64,000 nucleotides of DNA from Chlorokybus atmophyticus (Eukaryota; Plantae; Mesostigma and Chlorokybus algae), in NCBI GenBank assembly GCA_009103225.1, contig RHPI01001855.1, positions 69,296-133,295 on the forward strand, in the 5' to 3' direction. Both the position numbers and the translations under genes were made by a program. Below, one piece after another: positions 36,324-46,922 of this stretch (its first letter is position 1; every line of letters starts with the position of its first letter). The notes under the pieces were generated by a model, which saw nothing but the letters and a program-made list of their open reading frames with translations, had not been told where the DNA came from and did no database searches.

Positions 36324-37403
36324 CTACTGGGGGAAGTCGTTTTCCTGCTCCACGCCATTTTGCTCCATGGTGTTGACGCGACGATCACGGCGAGGGTTGC
36401 CATCCGGTGTTGGCCTTTGCGTGCTTCGTTTGGGGCATCCGTACGCCAAATGCTCCGTCGACCCACACGCATAACACTTGCGCACACCTTTACCTCTTTC
36501 ACCACGTCCGCCGTGCTTCGCCCCACTTCCCTGTGTGTGTATGGCACCCACCTCCATTGGTGCAGGCCCAGAGTCAGCTCCACCTCCATTGGCAAGTGCT
36601 GAACTTGGTTCTCCTCGTCTCCATGCATGTTGAAAGCCTCCCCGGGGCTGATCACCATGCCTTTGCCTCCAGTCAGTGTTTCTTGTGGTGGACTTGAAGT
36701 ACAACGCGTCGAGACGCTCCGCGATGCGTATAGCCTCCGCGAGTGTCTTCGGGTCCCGTAGCTCCACTTCTTTACGCCCCAAAGGTTTTAAACCACGTGT
36801 ATACCTGTCCAACTGCTCCTCCTCGGTCATATTGGGTATGGACATCACCAATCGCTGAAACGCGGCCGTGTACGCCATCACCGACCCCATTTGCACAAGG
36901 GCTGCAAGTTTGTCGCGTGCGGCCTTCACGCTCTCAACGGGAACAAATTGATGCCTGACCTCCAGTGCCAACTCTTCCATGGTGGTCAATGGTAGCGCCA
37001 ACCCGTTTGCAACACGCGTACATCGATGCCTCCACCACACAAGTGCTGCACCTTCAAGCAATGTCGCTGCAACCTCCACGTGCAGATGCGTGGGCACCTC
37101 CGTGAGCTTCAACCAAGACGATACTTGAAAAATCCATTCATCCACTGCATCTCCATCACGTTGACCCCTGAATGGCTTGGGCTTTGGCACCTTCACATGC
37201 ACGCGCGAGCTTGATGCCATGGGAATTTGTACACGCGCCATCGCATGCTCATACGCCTCGCGTTGTGCTTGTGCCGCCGCTTGAGTGTGATGAAGCTCTT
37301 CCCTCAGTGCCAAGATGGCAGCTTGAAGCTCTTCCATGCGAGCATCCTCCATCTCCACTAACACACTACACTCCGCTTCCGAATGAAAAGTGTAAACGCC
37401 CAC
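36324..37403 (-). CDS. gag: Gag with CCHC zinc knuckle
   Basis: 359-aa ORF: VKVPKPKPFRG, AALVWWR, LVQMGSVMAY, YTRGLKP, PAPMEVG, CYACGSTEHLAYGCP. Confidence 0.95.
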   Translation of the reverse strand: MGVYTFHSEAECSVLVEMEDARMEELQAAILALREELHHTQAAAQAQREAYEHAMARVQIPMASSSRVHVKVPKPKPFRGQRDGDAVDEWIFQVSSWLKLTEVPTHLHVEVAATLLEGAALVWWRHRCTRVANGLALPLTTMEELALEVRHQFVPVESVKAARDKLAALVQMGSVMAYTAAFQRLVMSIPNMTEEEQLDRYTRGLKPLGRKEVELRDPKTLAEAIRIAERLDALYFKSTTRNTDWRQRHGDQPRGGFQHAWRRGEPSSALANGGGADSGPAPMEVGAIHTQGSGAKHGGRGERGKGVRKCYACGSTEHLAYGCPKRSTQRPTPDGNPRRDRRVNTMEQNGVEQENDFPQ

Positions 37404-37446
37404 ACACTTCCTCTCTCACCTTCGTAAACCGTGCTCCGATACCAGT

Positions 37447-38112
37447 TGTGACGGTGCTCGTGCCTTGTCACCTGTGAGTTGGTCCAATCCACAACCCTCT
37501 CACCAAGACACGGTATTCACACCGGAACCTTGCCCCCTCTGCCAAGCACACACGCGCGCCCCGCCACTCGCGTACGCACGTGCGTGCGCTCGAAGCTACA
37601 CACCGACTTGTGTAGCGCCTTGGATCGTCACACAAGCAAGCACACACCGGTAGACACACGCTAGCAACCCCTGCTAGCCACCACCAAGCTTGCACACAAG
37701 AAACTAGGGAGCTAAAGGTTGTATTGCAAATTGTAGAATCTCACTTTTATACCTACCAGTCTGCACATGCTACTGTCTAGACGATTCTAGCGCTAGACGG
37801 AACTAGAAGCTAAGATATTCTTGCAGAATCTTGTAGTACACTTCTAGACCTTTCCAACGCACCAAAGATCTCCTAATTTGCTGCTCATATGGTCAAGTTA
37901 TACTACTTGGCGCCAGGCCCTTCCAGAAATCTGGTCGAGCCCTTCTCGATTGGCCCTCCGTTTTCTGGCACCTTCCGGACTGGTCTTGGGGCCCCGGTCG
38001 ATATCCGCGGCAGACTCATAACTCGCCGATATCCGCCACAAGTCATTAAAAACATGTACCTTACAAATAAGGCCTAAAACGGCCATGAAAATCACAGAAT
38101 TTGGCCTTGACT
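37447..38112 (-). repeat. 5' LTR of Ty3/gypsy #2 (666 bp, lacks terminal TGTAAC)
   Basis: Direct repeat of 32070-32735, abutting TSD CAACC. Confidence 0.97.
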
Positions 38113-40152
38113 CAACCACCACTCCAGCTCCTGTCTTGTCTTGCATTCTTTGGCAAACTCAAGACGGTGTTTACGCCCGCAGAGCACATGGTCATCATCA
38201 CCTCACTCCTTGCCCAATCGAAGACTGATATCCGAAATTTCTTTAACGTGTTCATATAAATGTTCAACATAAGTGGGATGGAATATCTGCAGCAATATTG
38301 AGCGTTTAATGCGTGTCCAAGAAATGCAAGTCCACGACATCGATAGAGAAAGAGGTTGCACAAATAATACGGTTGGCCCAAACAAGACTTGCCTTTTGCA
38401 GATGCTTGCTTCCACGTGCTACCTGGCAAAAATCATCCTCTTCACCCACTGCATAAACCGTTCATGCGCCCACTCCCAGTGGTCACGCACAGGACCAAGC
38501 TACATGCACTGCTCCGGGAAGTGACCAAGGAGGTGCAGCATCATGGTGAGAGAGGTCCTCGGGAAGAACAGCTCCATCTCAGACTGCACCTCATGCACAA
38601 GCACCTGCATCGAACAATGCAAGTCATGCATGCGATAGAAACAGCATACGTACGAGAGTCATAGTAGAGCCATCGGACTAATTCACCTGCAATTTTCCAA
38701 GGTGTGACTGCTTCACGTCCAATCACCTGCTTTTTACGCGCGCACCAGTCGTTCGCGGCCCGCAGACCACGTCTGGTACGCTGTGGCGTACCAGTGCCGC
38801 AACTGGTCCGGCGTGACCGGACCACCGGTGGTCCCGACCTGGAGCCGGACGGCCTGGTCCGATAGACCGGACCAGGGCTGGTTGCGGGCCCCGCGGCCTG
38901 CGAACCAGTGCAGCACTGGTACAGTACGCCGTTCGGTCAACAGGACCAGGGCTGGTCGCGTGCTCCGCGGCCTGTGAGCCAGCGGACTTGCTTGGCAATA
39001 CACACATCCCGTGTACACTGCATTGCTTGCGCACCATGCATGGTACGCCGATCGCCTGCTGCTCACAACACTTCCGCTACTCAACGGATGAATCCAGCGT
39101 AGGTCAGCAGAACGCGCAAGCAGCTTGCGGCAGCTTGTAGTCATCCGTGTGTCGCTTGCTGGAATGTCAATGCATGTGATGAGCTGTCGTTGCTGGTGTG
39201 CTGCGGTCCAAGCTGGCGGCGGCGGTGGTGCGGGCAGTGATGGTGAGCGGTGGGTGGTATGTTGCTTCGCTGCTGACATCCACAGCGTTCTGTGTACCGT
39301 GGCACTGCTGGAGAAGAGACAAGAATCTACTGCTGTAGTCTGTGCAAGCTTGCTCAGTGTCAAAGCGGCCGCTGCTGCTGCCGCTGTTGTTAAGGCTAAT
39401 GTTGGCTCTCTTACGGTGGGGTTGTGATGGGTGCAGCTCTTGTTGTTTGACCGGCTGTTAGCAGCTGTTGTTGCTGTGGTTGTCATGCTGCTTCCGGTGT
39501 CTCGCCTGTGCATGAAACGATGTAGCTATTGCATGTGTTTGCTTTGTCGCGTTGATAACTAATGTCAGCAGCTGCTGGCTGGTAGCTTGTCATGGACCAA
39601 TCAGGCTGGTGCGAGTTGTGCGAAAGCTTCTTGCCTTCGAGGCAAGTTCCAAGGCAAGTTCCAGTGAAAGTTGTCTGTAGATGTGCATTGGCTAGCTGTC
39701 ACCTTGGTCAGATAAAGGTGCTTTGCATGGTTGCCATTGTGCAAACTGACTTGCTGACTTGCTAAGTCATGCGAGTGCCGTGAAGTGTTGCCAACCATAG
39801 GATGCTTGGCGGAGGAGGCTAAAGGCACATGCACAATACTTGTAGGCGCGCGCGTGGGTGTGCATAGTCATGCCTGCGTGTACGCATGTGTGCACGTGTA
39901 TGTGTGGGTGGGTGTGCGCATGACTGTTTGTGCACACGTGTAATACTTGGCACTTGTGTCTCATGAGAGTGCCTGATCAGTTTCAATGGAACGGTCACTG
40001 CACAGCTGCCAGGGTGTTACTGCCGGTGGGTGGAGCCGCATGCCGATGCTCTGCTCAGGGCGCGGGACGGGGGGGGTGCTGCAAATAGCTACTTGCACCA
40101 CCCTATAGGTGCACCAACTGGACCTCAAGGTGAGCCGAGGGGGAAAGAGGAG

Positions 40153-40465
40153 NNNNNNNNNNNNNNNNNNNNNNNNNNNNNNNNNNNNNNNNNNNNNNNN
40201 NNNNNNNNNNNNNNNNNNNNNNNNNNNNNNNNNNNNNNNNNNNNNNNNNNNNNNNNNNNNNNNNNNNNNNNNNNNNNNNNNNNNNNNNNNNNNNNNNNNN
40301 NNNNNNNNNNNNNNNNNNNNNNNNNNNNNNNNNNNNNNNNNNNNNNNNNNNNNNNNNNNNNNNNNNNNNNNNNNNNNNNNNNNNNNNNNNNNNNNNNNNN
40401 NNNNNNNNNNNNNNNNNNNNNNNNNNNNNNNNNNNNNNNNNNNNNNNNNNNNNNNNNNNNNNNNN
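40153..40465. other. Assembly gap (N run)
   Basis: 313 N bases. Confidence 1.
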
Positions 40466-43400
40466 TTATGTAACATGCGTGTATGCTATACACATGCATG
40501 TGGGGGGGGGGGGCATGTGTCCAACTGCGTGTTCAGCTTCGGGACGTGTTTGCCCGTTTGTACTCCCACAGCCACAAGTACTATGCTCAGGAGCCTACAT
40601 CATGCACTCACCCAGCCACTTACCCAACTGACCGCATGTGCACGCGCATGCGCACCGGCATGCGCGTGCAAGCACGCATGTGCTCTTTCATGCACGTACA
40701 CATTTCTTAGTATTGGTATAGAAGGATACCACCTGCCTCATAAGCTGCACTGTGGAGAGAAGCCTATGAGGCAGTAAAAAATAATCGATGGAATCTAGAA
40801 GCTCATAGGCGGCTGTTCAAAAGCGCTATAGACCGCACAGCTGCGGCGGTCTACAACACTTCTAGTGTTTATATGTAACATGCAGAGTGCCATAGGCTGC
40901 TGCATGCGACACGGTCTTTCTCTATGTCTCTCTTGCATGAAAGCACACGCGTACGCATGTGCACTTGCCAACAACGCAATGCCCACGCAGGGGCCTGCAT
41001 GTCCGCGCGTCTCTGAACGCAACAGCCCGCGGAGGCTTCTCACACAGACGAGCTGATGGCGTTGCAGCCAGTCAGCACGATTGCACATCACCCACTGGGC
41101 AAGTCAATTGCTCACATGTAGCACGCTTGCACACGCACACGCAGAAGCTTATGCATCATCATGGCTGGAAGTGATTGGATGGGGGTTGGTGGAGGGAGCC
41201 CGACGCTGCTGCTCCGCGGACTGGGGGGCGCTACAGCGAGGTGCAAATGCTAAACAGCAGGTGAGGTGAGGGGAGGGAAGGGGGCGAGGGGGAGGAAATG
41301 TCCGCATACGCATGCGCACGCGCAACTGCACGCACACGGGCATGCATGTATGGGAGTTATTTGGCTGATAGACCGCCGTGGTCTATCAGCCCAAGTAACT
41401 GCGTCATAGGCTGCATTGCACAGTGCGGCACTGTCCAGTGCAGCCTATGAAGTAGTAGTTGCTATAGGCGACTCATAAATAGCACGGACTAGTGCAGCCC
41501 ATGAGACAGTTCGGCGTAAACACTGTGTATGTGAGTTAAACACCCCCCCCCCCCCCCCTTCACAAGCCATGCACACACACACGCACAAGCATCAGCATAC
41601 GCATGCGCACGCTCACACCCGCGCGCGCGCGTGCAGGTATGCGGACCAGGGTTTCCTCTGGTGCTGTGCTTCAATGCCAACAACCGCATCATATTAAGCG
41701 CTTCCCTACCACTGACAGTGATGGCAACTGGAAGAGCTCCGTCTACACGGTTGAGGTGAAGATGTGCATAGGGGATTATTGTTGAGTGTGGCTGTGGGGA
41801 AAGGGAGACTGGTGTTGGTGTTAGTGGGGTGTGTTGACACATAATCTGCCATGCAGTCTATGGCGTGCAGAGGTAAGACCTTCAGCTACTGCACGGTGTA
41901 TCCTTACAAGAACATGCTACTTGGTTGCAAGAACATCCTCGGTGAGCAACTTTGGCAGGCTTGCGCTGCAATACTTTTATTGCATGCCATTACAGTGCCT
42001 CTCAAGGGTCATTAGACTCGTTTTATACATAGGCACAAGCAAATGCAACGACGACGCCCGCTTCACCAATGTTAGGCAGGGCCAAACCTACACTGCCAAC
42101 TTCTGCACCATCCCCTTCATCTGCCCCGCAAGCTGTGCTCGAGTAAGAGACCATACCTCCCCCCCAGCTGCCCGTGCTCCACCATCTCCAAGGTACGATG
42201 AGTGTGTGTGCATGCGCGCGTGCATGCTTGCGTGCACGTGTTGTGAGACACATTCGCACTTACAATTGGGCTGATAGACCGCACTGTTCAGCGCGAACTA
42301 TGAGCCAGTCACAGAGTCTGCATGTACCTCACTATGCATATAAACAGGTGTCGCCCCCCCCCCCCCCTTCTCCTCGAAGAGCTGCGCACATACAGCATGC
42401 ACGCTCGCGCATGTGAACGCGCACGTGCATGCGCTCACATGCACAATGCGCACGTGCAGGTATGCAGACTGCCGCCAAGCTGGCAATCAGCAACCCGCTG
42501 CTGAAAAGAGCAAATGAGTTTGTGGTGCACGGTTCTGCCGCAAAGCCGTAGGGCCTACGCTGCCTACACTACCTCAACCCAGCTACTCGTGCTCTCCACC
42601 ATCTCATTTCAACTTTAAGGTGCGCTGTGCGTGCGTGCGTGCGTGCGTTGTTAGACATTGCTCATGTATGAATCTGCACGCATACATTTGGGCACAATTG
42701 GGCTGTTAGACCGCATTGTCCACACAGGCATGCGCATGCCTACATGTGCTTTTTGCTATGCTCGTGCACATACGCACCCTGATTGGGCCATAGACCGCAT
42801 TTTTGACATCCAGGACAGCCTATGAGGCTAGCTCATAGGCCGCACTGGACAGTGCGGCCTATAAGGCAGTTCTGCGTGTGTGTACACTATGCGTGTGAAT
42901 AGATGCCCCCCCCNCCTTTTCAACAGACTCTCGTCGAACGTGCACACTCACACACATACAAGTGCAGGCACATGCGCAAGTGCATGCGCTCACGCGCAGG
43001 CGCAGATATGGACTGTCCAAGCTGAAAGCCGCTGCTAAGAACAGAGAGCTAGTTCAAACAGCTTTGCATATGCCAGCACTACCTCGCCCAGTCTGTGCCC
43101 GCCACCATCTTCAAGGTGCGACGTCACATGCATCCGTGTGTGTGTTGTGAGACATTGAGCTTCGCTTATGTGTGAATGTGCATGCACGTGCAAATGCGTA
43201 GGTCAGTTTGTGCTTGCCTGGCGTGCAAGCGCGCAATGACACATGACATGTGGTTTGTGTGATGATCTGTGGCCAATCAACAACATACTATTATAACAAT
43301 ACAACGCATGTACAAGCTATCACAATACAGCCGTTCGCAGGGGTGCAGGTTGCGTGGCAGCCCTGTGGTCATGTGGTCTTAGTGGGCCGCCGAAGTACTC

Positions 43401-43983
43401 TCCAAAGCCTCAGGCATACAGTGTGCTGTTTTACCTGCGCATGTGCGGAAGTGATGGGTACGTGCACTATTGATGGGCGTACGCATGTATTTGTGTACTG
43501 TTTCAGCAAGTGAGGCTTAATGTACACCAAGCTTAAGTAGTCACTACCATCCTAGGTGATTCTATGCTAGTGTAACAACCGCACAACGCAATTGTTCATG
43601 CTGCACATGTATTCATCATGTGAATTAATATGTGTCTACTTGCTCTGTGCAGTCATGACGTTGCTTAGTAGTAGAGCTGTTCCAATGGGTGTCATCAGTG
43701 CGCATGCAGGTCGCAGTAACAACCTAGACAAGCATGTCGTCGTCACGGCCAGTGGACATTTACTAGGCCATGAGTGTGCAAGCCGGCTGCTAAGGACGCC
43801 ATGGCTGTGGCCTGACGTCCGCCCTTGGCCTGGTCATGCTGGCCTAGTGACGACCAGCATGACCAAGCCAGCGGCGTGGCCTGGCACTCTTAGTATGGAG
43901 CACCAGGCCACGCCGCCCGCCAGGCCACTAGCAGCGGCGGTCCAACTGCGGTCAGCTGCCGCTTTATTGTGACGCAATTAAGC

Positions 43984-46922
43984 CATAGTTGCACAATACG
44001 TTCGAGTCACATAATGTATACGGTATAATACCGGTACTACTTGGTCGCAGCATTACATGCGCGGCAATACGCGCATTTAGGGTTATGATTCACTAGGGTG
44101 TGTCCAAAACCCTAACTTGCAGTGCAAGCCGTTGTTGTTGTCGCTGTCGTCGTCGTTGGCGGCGGCGGCGGCAGTAATTGCGGGCGCCCTTCAGTGGGCT
44201 TAGCTACTGCAGCTGCTGGTCATTTGGGCGTGGTTGAGCGTGGAGCTGAGGAGCTGACAATTACGGTAAATGCCCTGAGAACTGTTGCCGCTCTTTCTTA
44301 CTTGACTGCGTGTACTCAATTGTGTGACGCTGTACATGCGTGCGTCAGTGTTCAGTATGTTCACATGTCGCATGTTGTATGCATGCGATAAGCATGTTTA
44401 ACATAAGCAAGACAGCAAACGAATGGAAGCATGTGAAGGAGCAAGGCCATTCTAGCAACAAAAGCGTATATCAAGCCAAAGTAGAATGCATCTACTGCAA
44501 GAAACAATTCCAAGCTGGCGTGACTCGTATTTGTGCACATCTGATAGCTAAGCCTGGTGTGGGAGTGGCAGCTTGTGCTCTTGTTCCTATCGAAGTGCGT
44601 GATCACTTTCGGCAAGCTGAGCAGGCTTCCCTTGCTGCCATAGCTATCAAGAAAAAGCGCACTACCACAGACATTTTCAGCCACCAAACTAGCATTGGTT
44701 TGACAGAGACGAATAGCACAACCCGGCCAGCAAACACCATAGAGGCATGCCTAGGTAGGCAAGCAAAGGCTACAACCGATGAGGCAGTTGCACGACTGTT
44801 CTATGGATAGGGGTTTGTCGTTCAATCTAGCGCGCAGTCCTTTATGGAAGGCTGCCCTGAAGGCTGTGGCCAAGTATGGTCCCTCCTACATACCACCATC
44901 GTGCAACACTCTTCGCACTAGCTTGTTGAAAAAGGTGAAGTTGGATGTGAACAGCATGCTGGATGATTATCGCATTAATGTTGCCAGAACAGGCTGCACA
45001 ATATGCAGCGATGGGTGGACGGATGTAAACAGCCGCCCTTTGCTGAATTTATTGCAAGTCTCACCCGATGGTGCTGTATTTCTCAACGCCATCAACACTG
45101 AAGGCAAGACTAAGTCTGCTGTCTACATAGCGAAGCAAATGTGCTGCATTAACATCCAGTGAATTGCATGCACTTGACCCGTTGTTGCTCATGCTGCATG
45201 ACCTGCTTGTAAGTTGCTGAATGTGTTGGTGGCGTACAGGTCGATCGAGCAATGCAGTGCAAGTGGTCACGGACAGCGCCAGTGCTTGCAAACTTAGTGG
45301 ATCGATCATCACCGACACATACCCGCACATTTGCTGGAGCCCTTGCTCGGCTCATGTACTTGATCTGATGCTAGAGGATATTGGGAAGCTTACATTCTTT
45401 GCAACCAACATTGAAAAGGGCAATCCTTGGTGACTTTCATTGCCAATCACCATAAGAGCTTAGCTATATTCAGGTATGGGTCAAGCTTTGCGTTATGTAA
45501 CATGCGTGTATGCTATACACATGCATGTGTGTGAACACTTGCATATGTTAGCAACACATGCATGTGTGCAGCATACACGCATGTCTTGTGCTTACTGACT
45601 GCTTATTGCTGCTACTTGCTAATGCTTACTTACATCACCTTTGTATCATAGGTCTAAGACTTCTAAAACGCTCCTCAAGCCAGGAGAGACCAGATTTGCG
45701 TCGGCCTTCATCGTGCTGCAGCGCCTCTTGGAGGTTAGGGGGGAGCTGGCCAAACAGTAGTTGATGATGAGTGGGTTCGTTGGGCAGCCCAATCAGGCGT
45801 GCATCAACGCGGTGCAGAGCTAGCAAAAGAGGTGGTGCTTTCTTCACAGTTCTGGCGCTAAGTGGGGCAGATTATTGCCGCTCTAGAGCCTCTCATCAAA
45901 GTGTTGCGCTTGGTAGATGGCAACCACCCAACCATGGGTACGTGGTATTTAACTTGCAGTTAACTTTACTGGAATTGCAGCGCTCAACCATGCTAGTTGC
46001 TGTGTGTATTGATAGGCAAGTTGTACCAGCGCATGATGGCTGCTCGCGAAACACTGCAAGCATCAATCTTGCCAGGGGCGCTACTGCACACTGTCCTTGA
46101 TCGCTTTGAAGTTCGTTGGAAGATGATGAAGACTGACCTCCTTTGTGCTGGGTTCATGCTCGACCCCGAGTTTCGCCTTATGAATCAGCATGAGCAAGAG
46201 GAGGTCATGGATGGTTTTTACAACATCGCCGAGAAGGTGTTCCCAAGTCAGGATGATCAAGTGCAGCTAGCACTGCAACTGACACAGTACCGTAGTGGAC
46301 ATGGATTATTTGCACGAGATGCGGCTAAGGGTTCTGCAATGAGCATGTCTGCGCATTAGTGGTGGCTGCAATTTGGAGGCAGTGTGCCTCAACTGCAGCG
46401 CATAACAGTTCGTGTGCTTGCCCAAGTGACAGTTGCATCGTCATGCGAGCGCAATTGAAGCGCGTATGACTATGTTCACAACAAGAAGCGCAACAAGCTT
46501 CGATCAATGAAAGCGCGTGACCTCGTGTGGGTGTTCAGCAACATACGCTTGCTTCAGACCATCTCTGATGCTGCATATGAGGAGCAATTTGCAGCATGGG
46601 ATTCCACATCATTGGGTGATGACAGTGACGGTAGTGATGATGACGATACATCACTTGATGAGGATGTGGCGGCTATGTTAGCATTTAATACTGAGCTGTG
46701 ATGAGTCTATGACTTGAGCTAAGCTCATATTTTTGTGATAATTTATAGCAGCTGTTGTGTTTGCATTGCAATGCATGTTTAAGCGTATGATGATGCTGCA
46801 CATCTTGTGTATGGGAAGAGTGCGTATGACGCCTTGGCCGTATTGACTCTGAGCACTGGACGTATAATACCCGTATCAATCGTTCGCAGTGTTCCATACC
46901 GTATACGCATTGTGCAACTATG
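43984..46922 (+). mobile_element. hAT DNA transposon
   Basis: 18-bp TIRs CATAGTTGCACAAT(A/G)CGT at 43984-44001 and 46905-46922 (1 mismatch), GTATACGGTAT subterminal motifs, internal transposase. No 8-bp TSD. Confidence 0.85.
44394..46701 (+). pseudogene. hAT transposase (BED finger, DUF659, hATC dimerisation domain)
   Basis: VECIYCKKQF...RICAHL; CTICSDGWTD..SRPLLNLL; VQVVTDSASAC; WSPCSAHVLDLMLEDIG; LLCAGFMLDPEF; WWLQFGGSVPQLQRITVRVLAQ..ASSCERN*SAY..VHNKKRNKL. Stops at 44808, 46357 and about 46456. Confidence 0.95.

Larger units (their letters stand above)
32070..38112 (-). mobile_element. Intact, young Ty3/gypsy chromovirus LTR retrotransposon
   Basis: LTRs 37447-38112 and 32070-32741 (2 mismatches seen), TSD CAACC (32065-32069 / 38113-38117), PBS TGGTATCGGAGC (37433-37444), PPT GGGGGGGGAGGAG (32742-32754), open gag and pol. 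Confidence 0.98.

Noticed and set aside
40466-40502. 37 bp identical to the hAT intron at 45493-45529
   Set aside because: It sits immediately after an N gap and before a poly-G run, so it is most likely a scaffolding or contig-end artefact.
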